64,000 bases of DNA from Bugula neritina (Eukaryota > Animalia > Bryozoa). A model generated the notes under the pieces. The model was not told the origin of the DNA. It made no database searches and worked only from the letters and a program-made list of their open reading frames with translations. The first letter of the stretch is position 1. Each line of letters begins with the position of its first letter. The stretch is taken from positions 13,949,133 through 14,013,132 of the forward strand of contig OZ037771.1 of NCBI GenBank assembly GCA_964035545.1. The letters are read 5' to 3'. Below, piece after piece: positions 38,501 to 50,500 of this stretch. A program made the position numbers and the translations under genes.

Positions 38501-41500
38501 TGAGGCAATGGAACACCCGTGGATCAAGGTGTGTATGATATAGGAACCTGTGCTAACAGTCACAAGTCTACTTCTTATAGCTACTACACAAACTTATTAT
38601 TCACTTCCTGGTGTCGATGCCTTCTGCTTGCTTTGTATATTCTGTATACTTTGTACTCCATCCAATGTTACCATCTGCTTTTATTTGATATTTCTGAGGT
38701 CTGGGTTAATATTTAGTAATATTTCCTTGGTGTGACTCAAGTGGCAATATATAACAGGGTAACCAAGGTGGCTAGGAGATTAGAGATTCCCGTTTTACTA
38801 GCACCATGGGGTAGTAACTCCCAAATTCTTACTGATACTTTGTTATAAAAAGCAGACACTCTGCTTACCAAAACCCGTGTGTTCAGTATGGATAGAGGAA
38901 TTTTCTCCATACATCAATTTTACTGCAAGTCTTCTAAAGAAATATTTTTATTCACAAGTTTTTCAACTGGTTTACCAAAAGTTTATTGATTTTGTTTCGT
39001 AAAAAGAGCAATGTTTTAAATGTTACCAGTTTTTGAAAAACAGTGAGGACTAAAAAATTAGTTTCAGGGAAACGTCTCTACGAGACCCCTACATGTTCAC
39101 CTGTAGTATTCAGGTAGTGGCAACATAACACACTCCCACCTACTGCAGTGTTTCAGGCTGTGATGTTATTATAACTCATTGTATCTGATCTTTTAAGTAA
39201 CCTTTTCTTTCTTCTAAATATAGACAAAGTCGTATGATGCTGCCCTGCTGCCCTTTGCAGGCAGAGGCCTGATTACATTGAATTATCCTGTGTATATAAG
39301 TTGCTGCCACTCATAATTTAATTAGCTGAGATTCTAAATAAAACAGTTTCAACAGGTGCCAGGTGAGTGAATTCCTATAGTTTTACTAGAATGACTCATG
39401 TTCTCCCGATTATCTGTTGACAGAATAGGTCCGACGTTTCCAGGGCACATCTCCACAGCACAATAGAAGAAATGAAAAAATTCAATTCCCGCAGGAAGTT
39501 GAAGGTAATTGGTTTGTCAGCTGTTTCTGTTTACACTTTTCTACTTCTCTTCCTCTCCTAATATAATATTTACTGTGTCTTTTATTTTACCAGCTAATGA
39601 TTAGTTTCTCTTAGACGAAGTTTCTAGATATGACATCAGAGTTAGGCCTTCAGTACCTTAGCTCTCTGTATTAGTAGTGCAGATGGTAGACCTGGTCTTG
39701 GGTTCTTAATTTAGGTTTTATATTTCGGTTCATTTTTCCCATCAACAACAGGCTAGGAGTTTCTGCTAATATAATATAGCTGAGTGCTTGTATCTTCTTG
39801 TGCAATAGTAATATCTGTATTCACTACGCAGTTATAGGTATCTGCACTGCATCTGCACTTTATCTGCACTCTATCTGCAGTTTATCTGCAGTATATCTGC
39901 ACTCTATCTGCAGTATATCTGCAGTTTATCTGCAGTTTATCTGCAGGATATCTGCAGGATATCTGCACTCTATCTGCACTCTATCTGCACTACATATGCA
40001 GTATATCTGTTGTTAATCTGCTGATGCAGTTGTTCTACCATTTACAATCTTAAAACTTTTACAGAAGTTTGATTGCTGCTGTTTTACTGTAGACTCTTCT
40101 GTTGTATAATTAGCAGCAGTTCTGATGCAGTAGAAGTTTCCTTGTTTATATTCAACATAGCCTTAGAACTCTCATCAACAATGCCACTAGGGGTAGGAGT
40201 ACTTAACATTCCCAGTAGAGTTGAGAATGTGGGCTAATGTGATTATACGCAATGAGATTTGCTGAGTCTATTATTTCGTATAACAAGTTGAGAAAGACAA
40301 TTGGATGATTTCTTGTAATTAAAAACACTTTCAAGACTACTGAGGCAGCGTATAGGCTGATGTAGTTTATTAGAGGTGATTGTGTATGTATTGCCTGCAG
40401 CAGAAGGCTGGCTAAGTGCTGGCATGTCTTGTATTAGGTAAGTGTGTCTTTAGTCTAGTTCCTAGTAGGTAAATGCTGTATATCCAAGGGGCTCTCTGCT
40501 TCTCTCAGTCTTACTGCGGAAACTAGAAACCTGAGCTATGGTGTCACTGCATACACTAGTTTCATTTGTTGACAAACAATGCTGCCCGATATTTTATTTC
40601 TGTTAGGTTTGACTGAAATGAAAATTGCTGCACATTTTAGATGACTCAGAACTTTCTTATTTCATATTTGCTTTTAAATGTTACATATTGCATGGAAATG
40701 ATATTCAAATCATGAATTGGAAAAATTGAATTGTCAATAAGATAACATATATAAGTTATGTTGTTTAAAGAAGCATATATTCTAATATAAAAGCCAATGT
40801 TAAAGTGAAGTTTTCTTACTCATAATTGTTTTATAAATAAAGTCAAAGCTGAAGCTGCACTGCATATGACTAAGGTGAACACCGGCTTTCTATAGATCTC
40901 AGCGAGAACGATTCATGAAAAGCTGGTGATTATTTTTGAGTGCTTCAAAGCAAATGACAACAAATGGTTTTGGTAGCCTGTATTCATGGATATTTCTTTG
41001 TGGCATAAATATGGTAATTACTAATAGGCATTTTAGCAGCTTGGGGTACACAAGCTAAGTTTGCCCTGCTAAATTAGAAACAACATAGGCTGTGTTCCAA
41101 GAAATAACTATTAGCTACCTACTAATTAAAGCTTTTGTATTTCAAACTCAAACTGAACACAAAATGAGTGTTTGTTAGATTGCCTGTCTCATTTTTTTTG
41201 CTGGTAATTATTTCTCGGTGAACCTGATAGGCTGTGTAACCGTCAGCACATGAGAAACAGGCAGTTTTGTTTACAATAAAATTCCTTCACTTGAACTTTG
41301 CCCTCTGATAATTTTGTTGAAGTCTACTGGAACTGCCACATTTGTCCTACACTGGATTATCGGTGGACTTTTACTCTTTAATCTTGAAGGATACAAGTTC
41401 TTTTGAGAGATTTTGTAGGCTTGAAAATCAGTTTTGTTGGCTGCCTTTGGTTTATAAGTTTTTCAACTTTTCATTTAGCTATTGCGACGAGTTCAGATGG

Positions 41501-44500
41501 AGATATATACTTTACTCTCAGCTGAGCATATTGCCTTCTTGCTGTCGAGTGCGAAACTAAGGATTTGTGCTTAGTTTTAGTTTTTAGTTTGGTCTTTCCG
41601 GGTTTTGAAAGTGAGTATTTTATAGTCTGAAAACTTTTCTGCTATAGAAATATTGTTAAGAAATAACAGGCTGCAATTCTGCACTTGCCTCTACTATTGG
41701 TACACGGGTTAACCTCTAGTTTGCTGTTTCCAAAGCTATACAAAGATATGCTCCATTTTGTTTCATATTTATTAGGTTCTTCTACGGATTGTTTTTGTCA
41801 TTTTTTCTGTAGTTTACTGCCGCCATTTTCCCTGCAGTTGACACCTGTTTCTCTTTGTCAGGGTGCTGTCCTATCCGCAGTCACTGGCATGCAATGGCTA
41901 CCGTCACATAACCCGGAGATGTCACTGATACCCGACTTCCCTCCTAGTCAAGAACTAGACCTTCACGATCAGCAGCTGCAGACGGCTAGTAAGTCACTTC
42001 CTCCCAGAATCCCCTTTTCTCTCTGTCATAGGATGCTGTTAGCTTGGCCTTAGTATCTAGAGTTATAGAACTTATATCTATAACGGAACTTGTTGGGTTC
42101 TTAGCAAGATTATCAGTTACTTACTCAGTCAGTTAATAGATTCCTAGTTCACCGAGTGAGTCAGCTAGTGACTAACTGAATGAGTCACTGACCCACTCAG
42201 TTAGTTACTAGCTACCTGAGTGAGCTAGTGACTCACTCAGTTAGTTACTGGCTGACTCACTCAGTTAGTCACTGGCTGACTCACTCAGTTAGTTACTAGC
42301 TGACTCACTCAGTTAGTTACTAGCTGACTCACTCAGTTAGTTACTAGCTGACTCACTCAGTTAGTTGCTAACTCACTCACTCAGTAAATGGGTTAGTAAT
42401 TCACTCAAACTCAAGCACACTTATGATAAATAATCAATATCATAAGTTAGTCCATGATATGAACAATCAGTTTAGTGTTGCGTCAGTTTAGTTTACCAGT
42501 TGATGAGTTGAACTTATAGAAAAAAATTTTTTTTATACTATTAATGAAATAATTTTCATCTGCAGCTCTACTGCAACGATTAGTGAGTAAATTACAACAT
42601 ACTACGCTGTGGGAGTTATCTTTTCATGTAGTATATCAACTTTTGGATCATGTTATACATGTATACTCTGAGAATTGTCTTCTCTCTGAGTACAATTGAA
42701 CTCTTTGGCTTTTAGAAGCTGTGGAAGCCGTGCTAAATAGTCTTGAAGATATCCGTGCTCTTGTCGACGGACCAAATGGTGATCAGGATTTCCTCAGGGA
42801 TATCTTAGAGGACAAGCAACTCCACAATTTACTCTCGGTGAGTTTTTGAATCGACTGTGGGTTAAATTAATGTGTTTGTAGCGAAATAAAGTTCGTACTC
42901 ACTGCTTAGTTTTGCTAGAATTTAGTTGTTTGGCCGAGTCTTGGCTGGCTAAGACTGACTTGACTACGCTGCGAGAATCTCCAGAATCTCATACAAGTAC
43001 AGAGGGTTGTGTCGACTGTACTTTGGAAATGTAAAATACTTTATTATTGGTTTAATACTTGTTTTATTATTGCACACTGGAGTTGTATGCATAGAAGAGT
43101 ACAAATGGCACATCTTGTCTTTAGATGTAGTACGGAGTTATCTCATCACCTTATTTTATTTCAGCAAATTGGCTTGAATATTTTCTTTCTAGTTTGTATA
43201 GTGAAAGCATTGTCAATAAAAAGGCTTTAGAGCTCTTGTGTGTCTCTAGATTTGTGGTATGAGTTGCACTCAACGAGTTCGTAACTCTTAAACTTCCATT
43301 CATCGGCTGACCTATGAAAGTCCTTCAATATTTGTGTCCTCAAATAGTTTCTATGGCTTCAACTTCGGGTTTAATCATGCAGCACTGCATATAATTGCTC
43401 AGCATTGATTTCTTGTAAATTCACAATTGATGTGTTTGCAGTATTCTGTATGCAAACTAAGTTGTTGTAATCTGGAGTCAGCTTTTTTCCTTTCCTGTCC
43501 CCGATTTAAGTGTAATCAGAGAACTTGTTTGCTGTGGAAGCCTTGCTAATGGTTGGACAAATTAAAAATATAAAGTCAGGTAAACAATTTGATACAAACG
43601 CAGTTGGATGATGGTAAACACACAGGCTGGTGGTAAACATACAGGCCGGTGATCATGTAAATAATTTATGCTATCCGCCTGTTAAACTTGATGTTATATT
43701 GATTTTCCTGGCCTGCCAATGTTTGAAGAGACTATCTACGCTAATCCCGGGATTTCCTTTCAGTAATTGAGCCAATCAGAGCCCTTGAAAAGCAGCTGCG
43801 GCAATATAAGTAATTTGTTGTGCCGTAATATCTCTTTGGTTAGCCGCTTGTAATTTCGAGTAAATGCTTGCTTAAGTGGGCTTCACGTCAAGTTGGAGTG
43901 TAGTTCACATTTGGTGTTGAGTGTAACACTTCTTTGCTGCCTGTATGAGAGTCAGCGAACTGAAGTTATTACTCTAACGTGTATAAATGGATCCGCTGTC
44001 TGAAATGCACAAACAGGATACGGATAGGAACAGGTATCGGCGACAGGTGTGCCTTGCGTCTCTTAACACCGCTGGTCTGGCCACCCTCCTCACTCAGTGT
44101 CTCATAGACTATAGGAACTTAGTGGTGAGTGCTCAGGCTCTAGGGCTACATTCTGTGTGACTGGGAGTTGCGTTCTCCCTGGCAGCGTTCTCCCTGGCAG
44201 CATTCCTTGCTGTTGGCCGCTGGTTCTTTTCTCTATTTATGTTCTTAATTTAGGAAATTGAGACAAATCTCTTTTTCAGCATCATGTTAGTTCTATTAAA
44301 CAATTTGAGGGAGTTGTTTTACTTTTTGAGCATTTCTTTGCAAACTGTTTCTCTAGCTGTGCGCACAGACAGACACATGGTATCGTGTGGGGGTGTGTTA
44401 TCAGAGGCATGCGTCATATCTACTTATTTTATTTCCTGTCCATTTCACATTGCTGGCATAGAGACCTGTAAGGGGGAAGCCGTGGTCTAGGGGTTAAAGT

Positions 44501-47500
44501 GTTGGCCTAGTAAACCTGAGGCCATTGGTGATGTTAGGAAGAGCATCCAGTCATAATTTCTCCTGTGCCACATATGAATAAGTCCTTAGCCCGATTTAGC
44601 AAAGAAACCATTTCATCAGGGTTTCTCACAGGGATAGCTACTATAAACTTGTGTGAGATTATAGACATCTGTAACAAGTACTGTATCCTTCACATTATCT
44701 CCACCTGTCTGTGAAGTTATATAATAAACTATCTGAAGGCCACAAACTTTATACTTATTCTAGCTGCTGCTTTCACGTCCCAAAACAGCTGATAATTAAA
44801 TTATATGTACTATTTTTGGGATTGTATATCAAGTCTATTGATTGTTATGTTATGTGTTGGTGTTATCAATCTTGTTATCGGGAGTTGTCTTTCTATCAAA
44901 ATACGTAGCTGTAAGATTATTTCAACACATAATATAGGCTATACAATACATAATATTTAAGGCATAATATGTAACACATGCATAATATACAACACATTAA
45001 AATACATAGTATATAATACATAATATATATTACATAATATTATATATAATACATAATATACTATACCTAATACATAATATATGATATGTAGTATGGCATT
45101 ATATTTACAGCTCTACAATAGAATAAACAGCACTTCATCTCAGAATAATCTGCCTGTTGGAATTAGTGCTACAGCCTCACAGGGAATACTTTTAGAATAC
45201 CTACAGTCAGGGGCAAACAACCCCCTCACAGAAGAACTCAGACAGATACTAACTCAACCACACTTTATGGTGAGATAACTTCCTTCTTTGCTTTTAAATA
45301 TTATTTATAGACCAAAGGTGACCATTCTTTTCTCTAGACTTTTGCCACTGAAGTATTTTAGAACTTAGAAGTTGTGCCCTCTTTATTCTCATGCAGTGTT
45401 ACTAACCATTATACAGCGTAGGTTAGCTTCTAGTAGTAATAGTACAGCTGAATCTATCATAGGCTTTTTGGTATCAACAAGTTTATAAAATAGTACCATG
45501 TAGTCTAAGGACTATGAGCGGTCCTGCCACAAACAAAGGTGTTATGATATCGTGGATTTAGGGCTACAGTCTACAGTCTACCATACTCTATGCTTACTCT
45601 CTGATGAATGTTGTACACTTTTGTAGCACTTAAGTTACCTAATTGATTTATCAATCAATTGTAACCTCAAGATCTACATATGCCTCAATATTACCATATA
45701 TTACTCACTCAATATTACTATATTACTCACTTAGTATTACTATATTACTCACTCAGTATTACCATATATTACTCATCACCCATATTGCATATTAATATAG
45801 TCAGTTGACTTCACTCTGAGTAGTTGTTTTGTTGTGTAAAGAAGGCCTCTTGCTATACCTGCCTTCCACTTAACCAGGTGAGTTTTTACTAGCAACTTTG
45901 TCCTACTGTGACGTAATAATAATAATTGATATCATTGTGACAGCTCTCCACAATTCTTGTCCTAATCAGAAGGTGGGGGGGGGGTTTGACCTTCCGCATT
46001 GTTTAGTTAGTTGTAGTCTCAGTACAGGTGACCCTGGGTTGATGGTCTTCTTGTTGAAGTATTTTTGTTGGAGATAATCATTGTTGACATTGCTTCTCTC
46101 TCAGTGAAGTCCTGGGCAGTACTAGTCAGTGTTATCTGTGTACTATACTCTACTGTGTAATATACTCTACTGTGTACTATACTCTACTGTGTACTGTGTA
46201 CTATACTCTACTGTGTACTATACTCTACTGTGTACTGTGTACTATACTCTACTGTGTACTGTTTACTATACTCTACTGTGTACTATACTCTACTGTGTAT
46301 TATACTCTACTGTGTATTATACTCTACTGTGTACTATACTCTACTGTGTACTATACTCTACTGTGTATTATACTCTACTGTGTACTATACTCTACTGTGT
46401 ATTATACTCACTGATACTATCTACTTGTCAGACTTTTCGAATTCTTGTGAAACTTGAGATGGCTGAGAAATTCCTCTGACAATTTTTGTCTTACTTGAAA
46501 CATATTAGCATCAACTATAACCTGTCTAGTGACTAAGTGCTGCCGTAGCACTGTCTAGTGACTATGTGCTGCCGTAGCACTGTCTAGTGACTAGGTGCTG
46601 CCGAGGCGCCCCTACAGGTGAGTGTTAGATGCTGTAGATTACTTACTAGCATTGTCTGTTCCCTGTCATACCTGCATAGCTCACGAGTTGGCTTTGTAGA
46701 GTATTCATTGCTTGGTAACACTATCTGAGATATTGAGAGTCTAAAGTTGCTTTGCTACAAAATTATTTTCTGACTGTCTTTTCTCAATTGAGTATCAGAA
46801 CTAACTTCAAGGTCATTCACATGTCAACTACTTTCTACATTATGATGCTAGTAAATGTGGGGTTCGTCTTCTCTATGCTGCAGTAGGCTACTCCACTGAT
46901 CACATGATGATTTGTAGACTGAGGTTGTTAAAGCAGTTGATGGACTTTGGAATTAAGCCTTTTACTGCCAAATGCCAAGTAAAGTTGCATTGAGTAACAG
47001 TATTACATATTTGCTTTCTTCCTGGTTCATGTGCCAATACTGTCCTCAACATTGAGACTGTATGATATGCATTTGGACTCCATTTTTGGAGTCAAAACTG
47101 ATAGTATTACTACTGACTCCACTCACCTCAGACAATTGATTATTTGATTATCAATTTTGTGTCAATTGAAGTTGACTGAGACACAAACATTCTCCGTTTG
47201 ATTAGACAGACTCAACTGTTGTGCTATCTGTGACTTATATTGTCTTTGGTAAGGTTAGTTTAACAATTATAGATTTATGCTGTCAAATATAATTGGCACA
47301 CATCTCAAGGTAGTGGTCATTTCGTGTTGTCCTGATGTTTGCACTTGAAAGGTTGTCTAGTTGAATTCTGGAAATGACTTTTAATAGATATCTTATGTGC
47401 TACTGGCACTCCACTGATTCTAGTGAGGTGAGTCATATCTAGTGAGGTGAGTCGTATCTAGTGAGGTGAGTCATATCTAGTGAGGTGAGTCGTATCTAGT

Positions 47501-50500
47501 GAGGTGAGTCATATCTAGTGAGATGAGTCATATCTAGTGAGGTGAGTCGTATCTAGTGAGGTGAGTCATATCTAGTGAGATGAGTCGTATCTAGTGAGGT
47601 GAGTCATATCTAGTGAGGTGAGTCATATCTAGTGAGGTGAGTCATATCTAGTGAGGTGAGTCGTATCTAGTGAGGTGAGTCATATCTAGTGAGATGAGTC
47701 ATATCTAGTGAGGTGAGTCGTATCTAGTGAGGTGAGTCATATCTAGTGAGATGAGTCATATCTAGTGAGGTGAGTCATATCTAGTAAGGTGAGTCGTATC
47801 TAGTGAGGTGAGTCGTATCTAGTGAGGTGAGTCGTATCTAGTGAGGTGAGTCATATCTAGTGAGGTGAGTCATATCTAGTGAGGTGAGTCATATTTAGTG
47901 AGGTGAGTCATATCTAGTGAGGTGAGTCATATCTAGTGAGTTTGAGTCGTATCTAGTGAGGTGAGTCATATCTAGTGAGGCGAGTCATATCTAGTGAGGT
48001 GAGTCATATCTAGTGAGGTGAGTCATTTAGTGAGGTTAGTCATATCTAGTGAGGTTAGTCATATCTAGTGAGGTGAGTCATATCTAGTGAGGTGAGTCAT
48101 ATCTAGTGAGGTGAGTCATATCTAGTGAGGTGAGTCATATCTAGTGAGTTTGAGTCGTATCTAGTGAGGTGAGTCATATCTAGTGAGGTGAGTCATATCT
48201 AGTGAGGTGAGTCATATCTAGTGAGTTTGAGTCGTATCTAGTGAGGTGAGTCATATCTAGTGAGGCGAGTCATATCTAGTGAGGTGAGTCATATCTAGTG
48301 AGGTGAGTCATATCTGGTGAGGTGAGTCATATCTAGTGAGGTGAGTCATATCTAGTGAGGTGAGTCGTATCTAGTGAGGTGAGTCATATCTAGTGAGGTG
48401 AGTCATATCTAGTGAGATGAGTCGTATCTAGTGAGGTGAGTCATATCTAGTGAGGTGAGTCATATCTAGTGAGGTGAGTCATATCTAGTGAGGTGAGTCG
48501 TATCTAGTGAGGTGAGTCATATCTAGTGAGATGAGTCATATCTAGTGAGGTGAGTCATATCTAGTGAGGTGAGTCATATCTAGTGAGGTGAGTCATATCT
48601 AGTGAGGCGAGTCATATCTAGTGAGGTGAGTCATTTAGTGAGGTTAGTCATATCTAGTGACGTGAGTCATATCTAGTGAGGTGAGTCATATCTAGTGAGG
48701 TGAGTCATATCTAGTGAGGTGAGTCATATCTAGTGAGGTGAGTCATATCTAGTGAGTTTGAGTCGTATCTAGTGAGGTGAGTCATATCTAGTGAGGCGAG
48801 TCATATCTAGTGAGTTTGAGTCGTATCTAGTGAGGTGAGTCATATCTAGTGAGGTGAGTCATATCTAGTGAGGTGAGTCATATCTAGTGAGGTGAGTCAT
48901 ATCTAGTGAGGTGAGTCATATCTAGTGAGTTTGAGTCGTATCTAGTGAGGTGAGTCATATCTAGTGAGGCGAGTCATATCTAGTGAGGTGAGTCATATCT
49001 AGTGAGGTGAGTCATATCTGGTGAGGTGAGTCATATCTAGTGAGGTGAGTCATATCTAGTGAGGTGAGTCATATCTAGTGAGGTGAGTCATATCTAGTGA
49101 GGTGAGTCGTATCTAGTGAGGTGAGTCGTATCTAGTGAGGTGAGTCGTATCTAGTGAGGTGAGTCATATCTAGTGAGGTGAGTCATATCTAGTGAGGTGA
49201 GTCATTTAGTGAGGTTAGTCATATCTAGTGAGGTGAGTCATATCTAGTGAGGTGAGTCATATCTAGTGAGGTGAGTCATATCTAGTGAGGTGAGTCATAT
49301 TTAGTGAGGTGAGTCATATCTAGTGAGGTGAGTCATATCTAGTGAGTTTGAGTCGTATCTAGTGAGGTGAGTCATATCTAGTGAGGCGAGTCATATCTAG
49401 TGAGGTGAGTCATATCTAGTGAGGTGGGTCATTTAGTGAGGTTAGTCATATCTAGTGAGGTGAGTCATATCTAGTGAGGTGAGTCATATCTAGTGAGGTG
49501 AGTCATATCTAGTGAGGTGAGTCATATCTAGTGAGTTTGAGTCGTATCTAGTGAGGTGAGTCATATCTAGTGAGGTGAGTCATATCTAGTGAGGTGAGTC
49601 ATATCTAGTGAGTTTGAGTCGTATCTAGTGAGGTGAGTCATATCTAGTGAGGTGAGTCATATCTAGTGAGGCGAGTCATATCTAGTGAGGTGAGTCATAT
49701 CTAGTGAGGTGAGTCATATCTGGTGAGGTGAGTCATATCTAGTGAGGTGAGTCATATCTAGTGAGGTGAGTCGTATCTAGTGAGGTGAGTCATATCTAGT
49801 GAGGTGAGTCATATCTAGTGAGATGAGTCGTATCTAGTGAGGTGAGTCATATCTAGTGAGGTGAGTCATATCTAGTGAGGTGAGTCATATCTAGTGAGGT
49901 GAGTCGTATCTAGTGAGGTGAGTCATATCTAGTGAGATGAGTCATATCTAGTGAGGTGAGTCGTATCTAGTGAGGTGAGTCATATCTAGTGAGGTGAGTC
50001 ATATCTAGTGAGGTGAGTCATATCTAGTGAGGTGAGTCGTATCTAGTGAGGTGAGTCGTATCTAGTGAGGTGAGTCGTATCTAGTGAGGTGAGTCATATC
50101 TAGTGAGGTGAGTCATATCTAGTGAGGTGAGTCATTTAGTGAGGTTAGTCATATCTAGTGAGGTGAGTCATATCTAGTGAGGTGAGTCATATCTAGTGAG
50201 GTGAGTCATATCTAGTGAGGTGAGTCATATTTAGTGAGGTGAGTCATATCTAGTGAGTTTGAGTCGTATCTAGTGAGGTGAGTCATATCTAGTGAGGCGA
50301 GTCATATCTAGTGAGGCGAGTCATATCTAGTGAGGTGAGTCATTTAGTGAGGTTAGTCATATCTAGTGACGTGAGTCATATCTAGTGAGGTGAGTCATAT
50401 CTAGTGAGGTGAGTCATATCTAGTGAGGTGAGTCATATCTAGTGAGGTGAGTCATATCTAGTGAGGTGAGTCATATCTAGTGAGTTTGAGTCGTATCTAG

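Noticed and set aside
44472-44545. tRNA-Thr gene
   Set aside because: T arm/B box is deleted and the sequence continues into a body shared with a second copy; it is a SINE head.
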